A stretch of 64,000 nucleotides of DNA from an uncultured Candidatus Binatia bacterium (GCA_965215605.1 OZ244070.1:1344001-1408000), one strand, 5' to 3'. Shown: positions 47,149-57,207, counted from the first letter of the stretch. The notes: generated by a model from the letters alone, not told the origin. Numbers and translations: made by a program.

Positions 47149-47313
47149 CGCGCCTGCCCCGGCGTTCTTGCCAAGACCCCTGCTCAGAAAAGTTTCCGGG
47201 AGGGCTAAGGAATGGCCGCCGGGAGCCGATTTATTCCTTGACAGTCGTTCCATTTACTGTTGCAGTTATCCTGAGTGGCGCGGGCCGCCCGCGAGCACCT
47301 CGCAGGTTGAAAC

Positions 47314-47865
47314 ATGGGTTTGATCGTTACCGAATTGTATGACGCGCTGATCGAGGCCGGGGCCACCGAGAGAAAGGCCCGGGCCGCGGCTGCCGCCATC
47401 CCCCTTACGGAACATCTCGCCACCAGGGAAGATCTCGTGGCCACCGGCCGGCAACTCGCGGATCGGACCGCCGGCCTAGGGGTCGATCTCGGACAGGGGA
47501 TCGCAGACCTCAGGACCGAGATCAAGGAAGACACCGCGAGCCTCAGAGCCGAAGTCGACCGGCAAATCACAGAACTCAGAGCAGAAATCAAACAAGAAAT
47601 CGCGGAACTCAGAGCCGAGATCAAGGAAGAGATCGCGGAACTCAGAGCCGAGGTCGACCGGAAAATCGCAGAACTCAGAGCAGAGATCAAGGAAGACATC
47701 GCGGAACTCAGAGCTGAGGTCGACCAGAAAATCGCAGAACTCAGAGCAGAGATCAAGGAAGACATCGCCAAGCTGGACAAGAGAATCGCAGTGCTGAACC
47801 TGGGGGTGTTCAGCTTCGGCCCGGCGATACTCGCTCTGCTGGTCAAGCTGGCCTTCTTCCCGTAG
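47314..47865 (+). CDS. DUF1640/CCDC90-like membrane-anchored coiled-coil protein
   Basis: Head LYDALIEAG, neck LATREDL, eight 11-aa repeats (IAELRAEIKED/IAELRAEVDRK), C-terminal TM. Confidence 0.8.
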   Translation: MGLIVTELYDALIEAGATERKARAAAAAIPLTEHLATREDLVATGRQLADRTAGLGVDLGQGIADLRTEIKEDTASLRAEVDRQITELRAEIKQEIAELRAEIKEEIAELRAEVDRKIAELRAEIKEDIAELRAEVDQKIAELRAEIKEDIAKLDKRIAVLNLGVFSFGPAILALLVKLAFFP

Positions 47866-47919
47866 GCCGGTTCAGCCCCTTTTCCGGGCTCCGGGCAAGC
47901 TTGACCCGGGACTCGCGGT

Positions 47920-48714
47920 TCAACCGGTCGGTGACGGGAGCGGGACCCTCACGACTCCCTCGGGCAGTTTCTGGACGAAGTGGGATTCGGGCAGGGCGAT
48001 GTTCAGTTCCGGTTGATCGTAGCGGATCTGGTAAAAGCGCTGGAGCGGCGGGGTTTCCAGGGTGATCTTCAGGGGAAAGCGTCCGAACGGGGTGTCCGAG
48101 AAATCCTCGAAGGTGGCGACGTACCGGGGTTCCCCGTCGGGGCCGACGCGCCGCCAGCCGGTCGGCGCCTTGCCCTCCGGATCGAAGGTGAGGACGTCGG
48201 CGCCGCCGTCGGCGCGGGTGCGCCGCAATGCCAGCGACTTCGCGTCCCACCCGGCGCCGGAGTCCACCGGCGGCAGGCCCATGAGCAGGGCGACCATCTC
48301 GTCCAGCTCCAGGAGAATCTGGGTGGCGCGGAACAGGTTCTCACGGGAAGTCCTGCCGCGGTAGTAGCGCGCCTGGGACGGCAGGAACCCGGTGACGTGG
48401 CCGTCGTCCACGGTGACGATGAGCGAAGCGCCGACCACGGAGAACGCCTCGAGCCGCAGCCTGTGGGGTCTGCGCACCAGCACGGCGGCGTCGAAGGAGC
48501 CTTTTTCCCGGCTCACCCGATAGTTCACCCGGGCCAGGCTCCGGAGCGATTGCAGCGCCTGACTCCGCTCGGCCAGCCTTGAAGCGAGGCGGGGGTCGGG
48601 AAGGGCCGGGGGTTGGACCTTGGAGACGGGCGCGGGCTCGTGGACCACACACCCCGCCAGCAGGCCCCCGGCGCAAAGAATCGCCGCGATCTGGCCGATT
48701 CGCATCCTTCGCAT
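47920..48714 (-). CDS. Lipoprotein of the LolB/DUF4292-like fold
   Basis: LLAGC lipobox; RPHRLRLE; directly downstream of a TPR lipoprotein. Confidence 0.65.
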   Translation of the reverse strand: MRRMRIGQIAAILCAGGLLAGCVVHEPAPVSKVQPPALPDPRLASRLAERSQALQSLRSLARVNYRVSREKGSFDAAVLVRRPHRLRLEAFSVVGASLIVTVDDGHVTGFLPSQARYYRGRTSRENLFRATQILLELDEMVALLMGLPPVDSGAGWDAKSLALRRTRADGGADVLTFDPEGKAPTGWRRVGPDGEPRYVATFEDFSDTPFGRFPLKITLETPPLQRFYQIRYDQPELNIALPESHFVQKLPEGVVRVPLPSPTG

Positions 48715-48718
48715 CCGG

Positions 48719-50455
48719 TCAAATCCCTTCGAGCTCGCGGATCTTCGAACCGATCCGCTTCACCTGCTCGGCCTCGGTGGCCGACTTGAGCGCGTCGCGA
48801 TAGCTTTGAAGCGCCTTGTCGGACTGGCCGGCCTTGACGTACGCGTCGCCCAGGTGCTCGATGATGACGGGGTCGTCCACCACCAGATGCACCGCCTTCT
48901 CGAGCTGCTCGATGGCCTTCGCGTAATCCCCCTTGCGGTAATAGACCCACCCCAGGCTGTCGATATAGAAGCCGTCGTTGGGAGCGATCTCCAGCGCCCG
49001 GATAATGAGCCGCTCGGCGCGGTCGATCTCGATGCCCAGATCGGCGTAGGTGTAACCCAGATAGTTCAGCGCGGCGGCGTTGTCCGGGTTCAACTCGATG
49101 GCCTTCTGCATGTGCTCGATGGTCCTGTCCTTGTCCTTGTTCTGGTCGTAGAGGGCGCCCAGCGCGAAGTGGAGCCGGTCGCTCTCGGGATCCAGCTCCA
49201 CCACCTTGTGCATGGTCTCGATGGCGTTGGGGAAGTCCCCGGCCTCGCGGTACAGCTCCGCGAGGAAGCGCAACAGCTCCTTGCGCCGCGGGCCGTCCCG
49301 GTCCAGGGCGGCCCGGACCGCGGCCACGGCATCCGGGAACCGTCCCTGCCGCTCGTGGATGGAGGCGAGCTGCACCCGCGAGTCGACGAAGTACTCACTC
49401 TCCGGAGGGATGCGCGAGAAATGCGCCACCGCCCTCTCGCCGTCCTCCAGCCGGCCGTAGGCCAGGCCCAGGAAGAAACGGGCGCGCTGGTCCTCCGGCC
49501 GTTCCATCAGGGCGAGGTTGAATTCCGTCACCGCCTCCTCGAGGCTGCCGAGCTCGTAGTGAACGAGCCCGACCTTCATGCGCACGGCGCCGGGCGCCGC
49601 CTCCACGGAGCGCAGGCGGTGAAACTCGGCGCGGGCTTCGGAGAGGTCCCGCCGGTCGGAACGAACCCGCCTCACGGCCCAGGCGTTCCGTGGATCGACC
49701 TTGAGAACCTTCCCGTAGGTCTCCAGCGCCGCGCTGCGCTTGCCGCGGAACTCGCGGACCAGCGCCAGCTCCGTCAGCACCGGGACGGACGAAGGGTGGA
49801 GCTTGAGCGCGGCCGCGTAGCTCTCTTCGGCGCCGCCCAGCTCCCCGGCCTCGGCCAGCACCCGGCCGAGGTAGTAGTGTCCCAGAGGCGATCCGGGATT
49901 GCGCTTGACGTATCGTTCCAGGTGCTCGCGCGCCTTGCCGGTCTCTCCCTGGCCGATCCGGATGGCGCCCAGGTAGAGGAGTGTCTGGGTGTCTTCGGGA
50001 TACAGATCGAGAAGCTTCCGGTACCACGGGACCGCCTGCGAGACCTCTCCGGCGGCGCCGTGCAACCCGGCCAGCAACCGGAGTCCGTCCCGGTTCTTGC
50101 CGTCGAGCCTCACCGCGGCCTCTGCCGCCGCCAGCGCCTTCTCCGCCTCTCCCAGGGCAAGCCAGGACCTGGCCAGTCGGGCATGCAGGAAAGCACTGGA
50201 CGGATCGTGCCGGCTGGCGGCCTCGAGATGCCGGTGCGCCGCTTGCGAATCGCCTCCGATCCGATCCAACCGGGCGCGCAGAAAGCGGTACATCGCCCCG
50301 GCCTCGGCCGGGACCGCGGCCTTTTCTTCATTCGCAAACGGGCCGGATGGCGCCTCGGGAACCGGCTCCACCGGGACGCAACCGGCCAGGAACCATGCGA
50401 AAACGATTCCCCAGCCAACGGACCGCAGGCTATTTCTTCGACGGGTAGTATGCAT
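48719..50455 (-). CDS. TPR-repeat lipoprotein
   Basis: FLAGC lipobox; many TPRs; ALNYLGYTYAD, DSLGWVYY, EHLGDAY. Confidence 0.9.
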   Translation of the reverse strand: MHTTRRRNSLRSVGWGIVFAWFLAGCVPVEPVPEAPSGPFANEEKAAVPAEAGAMYRFLRARLDRIGGDSQAAHRHLEAASRHDPSSAFLHARLARSWLALGEAEKALAAAEAAVRLDGKNRDGLRLLAGLHGAAGEVSQAVPWYRKLLDLYPEDTQTLLYLGAIRIGQGETGKAREHLERYVKRNPGSPLGHYYLGRVLAEAGELGGAEESYAAALKLHPSSVPVLTELALVREFRGKRSAALETYGKVLKVDPRNAWAVRRVRSDRRDLSEARAEFHRLRSVEAAPGAVRMKVGLVHYELGSLEEAVTEFNLALMERPEDQRARFFLGLAYGRLEDGERAVAHFSRIPPESEYFVDSRVQLASIHERQGRFPDAVAAVRAALDRDGPRRKELLRFLAELYREAGDFPNAIETMHKVVELDPESDRLHFALGALYDQNKDKDRTIEHMQKAIELNPDNAAALNYLGYTYADLGIEIDRAERLIIRALEIAPNDGFYIDSLGWVYYRKGDYAKAIEQLEKAVHLVVDDPVIIEHLGDAYVKAGQSDKALQSYRDALKSATEAEQVKRIGSKIRELEGI

Positions 50456-50657
50456 GTAACGTTGCTATTCGTATTGAGAAAACTGCTATCACAGGTGTCA
50501 TGACCGGTCAACGAGGGCGCCCGACCGATGCAGATCCATTCGGAAACCGGGCTATCGAGCAGCCCTGCCGCCCGCTGGCGGCCGCGCTTGTTGACAGGCC
50601 CGCGGGCTGACATACATCATGAATGAATTCCGGGGCGCGGGTTGAAGGAGCTCGACG

Positions 50658-52676
50658 GTGACCGATTCGCCGGAGGCGTTGAAGGCAGAGATCCGGGAGT
50701 TGACCGACAAGGTGGCGGAGCACGGCTACCGCTACCACGTCCTGGACGACCCGCGAATTACCGATTCCGAGTACGACGAGCTGTTCCGGCGTCTGTCGAA
50801 GCTGGAGCGGGAGCATCCGGAGCTGGCCCTGCCCAACTCGCCCACGGCCAAGGTGGGGGGGCCGCCGCTGGACAGGTTCACCACCGTGCGGCACACCCTG
50901 CCGATGCTGTCGCTGGACAACATCACGAACCGGGACGAGCTGGCGGAGTTCGAACAGCGGATCCAGCGTTTTCTCAAGACCGCCGACCCGCTGGAATACG
51001 TGGTGGAGCCCAAGATCGACGGCGTCGGCGTCGAGCTGGTGTACGAGGACGGCGAACTGGCGGTGGCCTCCACCCGGGGGGACGGGGTCGACGGCGAGGA
51101 CATCACCCAGAACGTCCGCACCATCCGCTCCGTGGCCCTGTCGCTGCGCCGGGACGGGGCGCCGGCGCCGCGGCTGCTGGCGGTGCGCGGCGAGGTATTC
51201 TATCCCACCGCGGGCTTCCAACGCCTCAACCGGGATCGGGAGGAAGCCGGCGAGTACGTGTTCGCCAACCCCCGCAACGCCGCCGCCGGCGCGCTCAAGC
51301 AACTGGACTCCAAGATCACCGCCAGCCGCCCGCTGGACCTCTTCTGCCACGGCATGGGCGCGGTGGAGCCGGCGTCGTTCGCCAGCCAGGCGGATTTCCT
51401 TTTCAAGCTGGAGGAATGGGGGCTCAAGCCGGTGCCCCTCACCCGGGCGTGCCGGGGCGTGGACGAGGTGGTCGCCTATCAGGAGGAGATGGAAGGCCAG
51501 CGCGACGCGTTGCCCTACGAGATCGACGGCGTGGTGCTCAAGGTCAACAGCCTGGAGCTGCAGCGGCGCCTGGGGCAGATCGCCCGCTCGCCGCGCTGGG
51601 CCATGGCTTACAAGTTCAAGCCGCGCCAGTCCACCACCCGCATCCTCGACATCCAGCCCCAGGTGGGGCGCACCGGCGCGCTCACGCCGGTGGCCAGCCT
51701 CGAGCCGGTTCAGTTGGCGGGGGTCACGGTGCGGAACGCGTCGCTGCACAACATGGACGAGATCCAGCGCAAGGACATCCGCGTCGGCGACACCATCGTC
51801 ATCGAGCGCGCCGGCGACGTGATCCCCTACGTGGTGCGGGTGCTCGCCGGCGAGCGCGGCGGCGGCGAGCGGCCCTTCGAGATGCCGGCCCAGTGCCCCA
51901 TGTGCGGCTCCCGGGTCTACCGCGAGGAGGGCGAAGCCGCCTACCGTTGCGTGGGGCTGTCGTGCCCGGCCAAGCTGAAGCAAAGCCTCGAGTTCTTCGG
52001 CTCCCGCCACGCCCTGGACATCGAGGGGCTGGGCGAGAAGCTCATCGACCAGTTGGTGGAGAAGAAGCTCGTGGCGGACAGCGCCGACCTCTTCGGGCTC
52101 GACGAGGACACGTTGTCGTCACTGGAGCGCATGGGGGCCAAGTCGGCGCAGAATCTGATGCGGGAGCTGGAACGCAGCAAGGACGCCACGCTGTCGCGGT
52201 TCGTCACCGCCCTGGGGATACGGCACGTGGGCGAAGCCACGGCCAAGGTGCTGGCGGAGCACTTCGGCACCCTGGACGGCATCATGGGCGCGGGCGAAGA
52301 GGCCCTCACGGAGGTGCGGGACATCGGCCCGGAGGTGGCCAAGAGCATCGCCGGCTTTTTCGCGGACGCGGGCAACCGAGGGGTCATCGACAAGCTGCTG
52401 GCCCACGGTTTCCAGCTCAAGGCGGAGGCCCGGGCCGAGGGGGCGCTGAGCGGGAAGAGCTTCGTGCTCACGGGGAGCCTGGAGACCATGTCCCGCAGCG
52501 AGGCGCAGAAGATGATCGCGGCCCTGGGGGGGCGGGTGTCGGGGAGCGTCAGCGGCAAGACCGATTACGTGGTGGTGGGTGCGGACCCGGGGTCGAAGGC
52601 GGCCAAGGCGGAGGAGATGGGGGTCCGGGTTCTTGACGAGGATGGGCTGCGGGCTTTGCTGGAGGGGGGGGGCTGA
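50658..52676 (+). CDS. ligA: NAD-dependent DNA ligase
   Basis: EPKIDG adenylation motif, TRGDG, FANPRNAAAG, zinc finger, BRCT domain. Confidence 0.97.
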   Translation: MTDSPEALKAEIRELTDKVAEHGYRYHVLDDPRITDSEYDELFRRLSKLEREHPELALPNSPTAKVGGPPLDRFTTVRHTLPMLSLDNITNRDELAEFEQRIQRFLKTADPLEYVVEPKIDGVGVELVYEDGELAVASTRGDGVDGEDITQNVRTIRSVALSLRRDGAPAPRLLAVRGEVFYPTAGFQRLNRDREEAGEYVFANPRNAAAGALKQLDSKITASRPLDLFCHGMGAVEPASFASQADFLFKLEEWGLKPVPLTRACRGVDEVVAYQEEMEGQRDALPYEIDGVVLKVNSLELQRRLGQIARSPRWAMAYKFKPRQSTTRILDIQPQVGRTGALTPVASLEPVQLAGVTVRNASLHNMDEIQRKDIRVGDTIVIERAGDVIPYVVRVLAGERGGGERPFEMPAQCPMCGSRVYREEGEAAYRCVGLSCPAKLKQSLEFFGSRHALDIEGLGEKLIDQLVEKKLVADSADLFGLDEDTLSSLERMGAKSAQNLMRELERSKDATLSRFVTALGIRHVGEATAKVLAEHFGTLDGIMGAGEEALTEVRDIGPEVAKSIAGFFADAGNRGVIDKLLAHGFQLKAEARAEGALSGKSFVLTGSLETMSRSEAQKMIAALGGRVSGSVSGKTDYVVVGADPGSKAAKAEEMGVRVLDEDGLRALLEGGG

Positions 52677-52679
52677 GGG

Positions 52680-52794
52680 GCGGGGTGGAGAGGATGGGGG
52701 TGTGGATGGGGGTGTGGTGTGGAGGAAGGGGGTGTGGTGTGGAGGAAGGGGCGGGGAGGACCGGGCGTGGAGGACCGGGCGTGGAGGACCGGCG
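52680..52794 (+). repeat. G-rich short tandem repeats (GGGGGTGTGGTGTGGAGGAA twice; GGAGGACCGGGCGT about 2.5 times)
   Basis: Read directly from the sequence. Confidence 0.75.
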
Positions 52795-52926
52795 CAGGGA
52801 TCGGGGCAGGGATCGGGGCAGGGATCGGGGCAGGGATCGGGGCAGGGATCGGGGCAGGGATCGGGGCAGGGATCGGGGCAGGGATCGGGGCAGGGATCGG
52901 GGCAGGGATCGGGGCAGGGATCGGGG
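52795..52926 (+). repeat. Perfect 12-bp tandem repeat (CAGGGATCGGGG) x11
   Basis: Counted directly; no spacers. Confidence 0.95.
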
Positions 52927-52987
52927 GCAAGGCCCCGTGATGATGGAGGGCGGACCCAACATCATCACGGGGCCTTGCCCCCGATCC
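52918..52987. repeat. Perfect 28-bp inverted repeat with 14-nt loop
   Basis: GGATCGGGGGCAAGGCCCCGTGATGATG and CATCATCACGGGGCCTTGCCCCCGATCC. Confidence 0.92.
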
Positions 52988-53091
52988 TTGGCAGCGGCGT
53001 CGTGCCGGGGCCTGACCCCGGGTTCGGCTCTGTCTTCACCCCGGGTTTGACCGGGGGTGACGGAGGCAGGGGGCCGGGACAGGTTCGGATT

Positions 53092-53925
53092 ATGCTTTAC
53101 GTGGTTGCGACGCCCATCGGCAATCTGGAGGATATCACGTTGCGCGCGTTGCGGGTGCTGCGGGAGGTGGATCTTATTGCGGCGGAGGATACCCGGCAGA
53201 CCCGGAAGCTGCTGGCCCGGTACGACATCGACACGGCGGTCACGAGCTACCACGAGAACAATGAGCGCGCCAAGGCGGATGCGCTGGCGCGGCGGCTGGA
53301 GGCGGGGGAGGATATTGCGCTGGTTTCGGACGCGGGCACGCCTACCATCTCGGACCCGGGGTATCATCTGATCCGGGCGGCGGCGGAGAAGGGGGTGGCG
53401 GTGACACCGGTGCCGGGGGTGTCGGCGGCGGTGGCGGCGCTGAGCGTGAGCGGGCTGGCCACGGACCGGTTCGTGTTCCAGGGGTTCCTGCCGGCGCGGC
53501 AGGGCAAGCGGCGGGAAACCCTGCGGCAACTTCAGGGCGACGACCGGACGCTGGTGTTCTACGAGGCGCCGCACCGGATCCGGGAGGCGCTGGCGGACAT
53601 GCACGAGGTGTTGGGGGACCGGGCCGCGGCGGTGGGCCGGGAGCTGACCAAGGTGCACGAGGAGTTGCTGCGGGGGACGCTGTCTCAACTGGCGGAAGCA
53701 CTGGAAGAGACTCCCGCGCGTGGGGAGTTCGTCATCGTTGTGGAGGGGCGCGGCGAGACGCCGCGGGTGGACGAGGAGGCATTGCGGGCGGAGATCGGAA
53801 AGCTCCTGGAGGCCGGCCGCTCGGCCAACGACGCGGCCAAGCTCATCGCGCAGACGTTTTCGCTGGTGAAACGGGACGTCTACAGGTTGGTGCTGGAGGT
53901 TGCCAAGCGGCGGTTGCGACCCTAG
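53092..53925 (+). CDS. rsmI: 16S rRNA C1402 2'-O-methyltransferase
   Basis: MLYVVATPIGNLEDITLRA, AAEDTR, VSDAGTPTISDPG, YEAPHR, RELTK. Confidence 0.96.
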   Translation: MLYVVATPIGNLEDITLRALRVLREVDLIAAEDTRQTRKLLARYDIDTAVTSYHENNERAKADALARRLEAGEDIALVSDAGTPTISDPGYHLIRAAAEKGVAVTPVPGVSAAVAALSVSGLATDRFVFQGFLPARQGKRRETLRQLQGDDRTLVFYEAPHRIREALADMHEVLGDRAAAVGRELTKVHEELLRGTLSQLAEALEETPARGEFVIVVEGRGETPRVDEEALRAEIGKLLEAGRSANDAAKLIAQTFSLVKRDVYRLVLEVAKRRLRP

Positions 53926-53944
53926 ACCCGGGGAGGTCCTGCCA

Positions 53945-54232
53945 TCAAGCCCGGCTGGCTCGGATCTCTCCCCGCAACTCGGAGAACTCCCGCGCCAGGT
54001 CGTGAAGCTTCTTCTGCAAACCGTCTATCCTGCCTTCCAGGCGATCGATCCTGATTTCCAGACGGTCGATCCTGACCTCCAGGTGGTCGATCCTCGCGTC
54101 GAGTCGGTCGATCCTGCCTTCCAGACGATCGATCCTCGTGTCCAGACGCGTCTCGAGCCGGACCATTACCCGCCAGTTGAAAGCGGCAAGGGCTATGCCG
54201 ACCCCGATTATTGTGATCATCTCACCCGTCAC
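53945..54232 (-). CDS. Small N-terminally anchored heptad-repeat coiled-coil protein
   Basis: MITIIGVGIALAAF TM then about six (RIDRLEG)-type heptads; GAGGA upstream. Confidence 0.7.
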   Translation of the reverse strand: MTGEMITIIGVGIALAAFNWRVMVRLETRLDTRIDRLEGRIDRLDARIDHLEVRIDRLEIRIDRLEGRIDGLQKKLHDLAREFSELRGEIRASRA

Positions 54233-54357
54233 GTGCCGTCCTCAAATGCCGTGCGTGAATATGTCCCATACTAGTTAATTCGGCATGAGCGGTCAATTCT
54301 TTAATTGTCGTTTTCAAAAAGGCGGAACTGCCGCCCAAACCCCTGGAAGCGAGGGAG

Positions 54358-55173
54358 TTACCTGCCCCAGTCGCGGGAGTAGCGGAAGTCGCGGTCTATG
54401 GTGCGGTGGGAGACCTTGGCGATGACCGGGAGGCGGCGCTTGAACTGGGAGGTCCGGATGCGGCGGGCGATGTCGTCGACGAAGCCGGGCTCGAAGCCGG
54501 CGGCGATGAGCTCGGGGCGGCCGTAGCGCTGGTCCACCATGCGGTAGAGCAGCTCGTCCACCGCGCGGTAGCTGAAGCCCAGCTCGGCCTCGTCGGTCTG
54601 CCCGGCCCACAGGTCGGCGGAGGGTTTCTTGTCGACGATGACGTCGGGGACGCCGACGGCCTCGCTCAGGGCCCATACCTGGGTCTTGTAGAGGTCCCCC
54701 AGGGGGTTGAGGGCCGACGCCATGTCGCCGTGGAGGGTGCCGTAGCCCAGCAGCAGCTCGGTCTTGTTGCTGGTGCCGGCCACCAGCGCGTCCCACCGGG
54801 CGGAGTGGTCGTAGAGGATGGTCATGCGCTCCCGGGCCATCTTGTTGCCGCGCCGCTTGGGGTCAGCATCCGGAAACGCCTCGAAATAGGCGTCGATCTG
54901 GGCGGTGATCTCCACGGCCGCGGAGCGGATGCCGCTCTTCTCCACCACCAGGCGGGCATGCTCCAGGCTCTCGGCGCTGGAAGCCCGGTAGGGCATCATG
55001 ATGCCCAGCACCTGCTCCGGCCCCAGGGCCTCGGCCGCCAGCATGGCGCTCAGGCTGGAATCCACCCCGCCGGAAAGGCCCACCACCACCCGCTCGAGGC
55101 CGACCTTGCGCACCTCGTTCCGGATGAAGGCCACCAGGATCCGGCGCAGCAGTGACACGTTGGTGGGAATCAT
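54358..55173 (-). CDS. nadE: NAD+ synthetase, synthetase subunit
   Basis: [10 protein letters not shown]-loop, [35 protein letters not shown]. Confidence 0.95.
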   Translation of the reverse strand: MIPTNVSLLRRILVAFIRNEVRKVGLERVVVGLSGGVDSSLSAMLAAEALGPEQVLGIMMPYRASSAESLEHARLVVEKSGIRSAAVEITAQIDAYFEAFPDADPKRRGNKMARERMTILYDHSARWDALVAGTSNKTELLLGYGTLHGDMASALNPLGDLYKTQVWALSEAVGVPDVIVDKKPSADLWAGQTDEAELGFSYRAVDELLYRMVDQRYGRPELIAAGFEPGFVDDIARRIRTSQFKRRLPVIAKVSHRTIDRDFRYSRDWGR

Positions 55174-55188
55174 CGCCCCTCTGTTTCC

Positions 55189-56034
55189 TCAGTCGCGGCG
55201 GATGCGCTCCAATTCCCGGATGGTGAGGTCCACGTCCTCGTCGCGCAACAGCGGCGCGCGGGTGCGCTTGCGGCGCGCCACCTCGTGGGAGACCTCCCCG
55301 ACCAGGAAGGCCTCCTCGTAGTAGTCCGCCTTGCACACCGCGCGGCCGAAAGGGTCGAGGATGCCCGAGCCGCCCCAGAAGCCCACGCCGTCCTCGAAGC
55401 CCACCCGGTTGGCGTGCACCACGAACAGGCCGAAGGTCTCGGCGTAGCTCCGGGTGATGAGCTCCCAGTAGCGCGCGTTGTCGTCCTGGTCGGCGCCGTC
55501 GGTGACGCCGCGCAGCGGGCTCGACGACGGACAGAGGACCGTCAGGGCGCCGTCAAGGGCGGCCAGGTAGACGGTGGACGGATGCCACAGGTCTTCGCAG
55601 ATGAGCAGCGCCAGCCGGCCGTGGCGGGTGTCGAAGGCCCGCAGCCGGCCGCCCCGGGCGAAGTAGCGCTGCTCGTCGAACATGCCGTAGGTGGGCAGGT
55701 ACACCTTGCGGTGGACGTGCCGGACCTCGCCGTCCTCCAGGTAGACCGCGGCGTTGAAGAACCGGTGGTCCGGGCTTTCCAGCACGAGGCCGGCCACCAG
55801 CGACACCTCCCGGCTCAACGCCTTGAGCCGCTCCATCTCCGGGCTCTCCAGCCGCACCGCCACGTCCGGAACCATGTCCCGCAGGAAGTAACCCGTGAGG
55901 CTCAGCTCGGGGAACACCACCAGCTCCACGGCCGCCGCGGCCGCCTCACGGACTCCGGCCTCGTAGAGGTCCATGTTGGCGGCCACGTCCCCCAATCTGG
56001 GGTTGATCTGCGCCATGCCCACTCGGAACGACAT
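55189..56034 (-). CDS. Nitrilase-family (carbon-nitrogen hydrolase) protein, probable glutaminase subunit of NAD synthetase
   Basis: FPELSLTGY (Glu), HRKVYLPTYGMFDEQRYF (Lys), ICEDLW (Cys); immediately upstream of nadE. Confidence 0.88.
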   Translation of the reverse strand: MSFRVGMAQINPRLGDVAANMDLYEAGVREAAAAAVELVVFPELSLTGYFLRDMVPDVAVRLESPEMERLKALSREVSLVAGLVLESPDHRFFNAAVYLEDGEVRHVHRKVYLPTYGMFDEQRYFARGGRLRAFDTRHGRLALLICEDLWHPSTVYLAALDGALTVLCPSSSPLRGVTDGADQDDNARYWELITRSYAETFGLFVVHANRVGFEDGVGFWGGSGILDPFGRAVCKADYYEEAFLVGEVSHEVARRKRTRAPLLRDEDVDLTIRELERIRRD

Positions 56035-56127
56035 GAGAGGGGGGCTAACACATTTACGCCATTTCGTCACCCCGGCCCGGGAGCGCCGATGGAACCCCTC
56101 CTGGAATTCGGGAACACCATCGGCTAC

Positions 56128-57207
56128 ATGGAATCCATGGACGGGCTCACCGAAAGAGTGGCGGAGAAGGCGGCGCGGGTGTTCGGGCGGGGGGCGCGGT
56201 TGACGGGGCTGGCGGCGCTGGCGGGGGATGCTTCGTCGCGGCGCTATTTCCGGGCGGCATTGGAGGGAGCGGGGGCGCCGGGGTCGGTGATGGTGATGCA
56301 GTGGAGCGAGGTGGGGCTGCCGGTGTCGTCGGAGGAGCTGGCGGTGTTCGACGAACTGCCGGAGGAGCTGCCGTTCCTGAACGTGCACCGGTTCCTGCAA
56401 GGGGTGGGGGTGCGGGTGCCGGCGGTGTACGGGCACTGGGTGGACGAGGGGCTGCTGCTGCTGGAGGACCTGGGGGACGTGAGCCTGTGGGACCGGGTGC
56501 GGGAGGCGCCGGAGGAAGAGGCGGCGGCGTGGTACCGGAAGGCCGTCGACGAGCTGCTGGCGCTGCAGATCCTGGGCACCCGGGCGCGGGACGACGGCTG
56601 CATGGCGTTCCGGCAGGCATTCGACCGGCGGCTCTATCTCTGGGAGCTGGCCCATTTCACCGAGTATGGGCTGGAGCGGGGGGACAAGGGGAGCCTGCCG
56701 GTTTCGGAGCGGCAGGTGCTGGATGCGGCCTTCGAGGGCATGGCCGAACACCTGGCGGGGCAGCCGCGGGTATTGAACCACCGGGACTACCACAGTTGGA
56801 ATCTCATGGTGCATGACGGCGCGGTGGCGATCATCGACTTCCAGGACGCGCTGCTGGCGCCGCGCCAGTACGACCTGGCCTCGCTGCTGAACGACCGGGA
56901 GACCGACCGGGTGGTGACGCCGGCGCTGGAAGAGCGGCTGGTGGATTACTACATGGAGGCTGCCGAGGCTCTGGGCGAGCCACCGCCGGACCGCGGCGCG
57001 TTTTGGGAGACCTACCTGTTGTCGGCGCTGCAGCGGGACCTCAAGGTGGTGGGCCGCTTCCGCTACCTCGACCTGGTGAAGGGCAAGCCGGGCTACAAGC
57101 GCTACATCCCGCCGACCCTGGAGCGCATCGGCCGAAACCTCCGGCGCGCGCCCGGCCTGGAGCGCCTGCGGGCGCTTCTGGCGGAGCATTTCGAGGAAAT
57201 CCCGTGA
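56128..57207 (+). CDS. amgK: AmgK-like anomeric MurNAc/GlcNAc kinase (APH-fold phosphotransferase)
   Basis: LAGDASSRRYFR, LEDLGD, HRDYHSWNL, IDFQDA, YDLASLL; coupled to a nucleotidyltransferase. Confidence 0.85.
   Translation: MESMDGLTERVAEKAARVFGRGARLTGLAALAGDASSRRYFRAALEGAGAPGSVMVMQWSEVGLPVSSEELAVFDELPEELPFLNVHRFLQGVGVRVPAVYGHWVDEGLLLLEDLGDVSLWDRVREAPEEEAAAWYRKAVDELLALQILGTRARDDGCMAFRQAFDRRLYLWELAHFTEYGLERGDKGSLPVSERQVLDAAFEGMAEHLAGQPRVLNHRDYHSWNLMVHDGAVAIIDFQDALLAPRQYDLASLLNDRETDRVVTPALEERLVDYYMEAAEALGEPPPDRGAFWETYLLSALQRDLKVVGRFRYLDLVKGKPGYKRYIPPTLERIGRNLRRAPGLERLRALLAEHFEEIP

Noticed and set aside
50591-50620. TTGACA upstream of ligA as a promoter
   Set aside because: No convincing -10 box at canonical spacing.
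52795-52926. 12-bp array as a CRISPR
   Set aside because: Units are contiguous with no spacers, too short, and no cas genes are present.
52565-53091. ORFs with PIPA, GSGQ, DRGR or GAGI repeats, including an N-terminal extension of rsmI
   Set aside because: They are translations of the stop-free VNTR, and some overlap ligA; RsmI homology starts at MLYVVATPIGN (53092).
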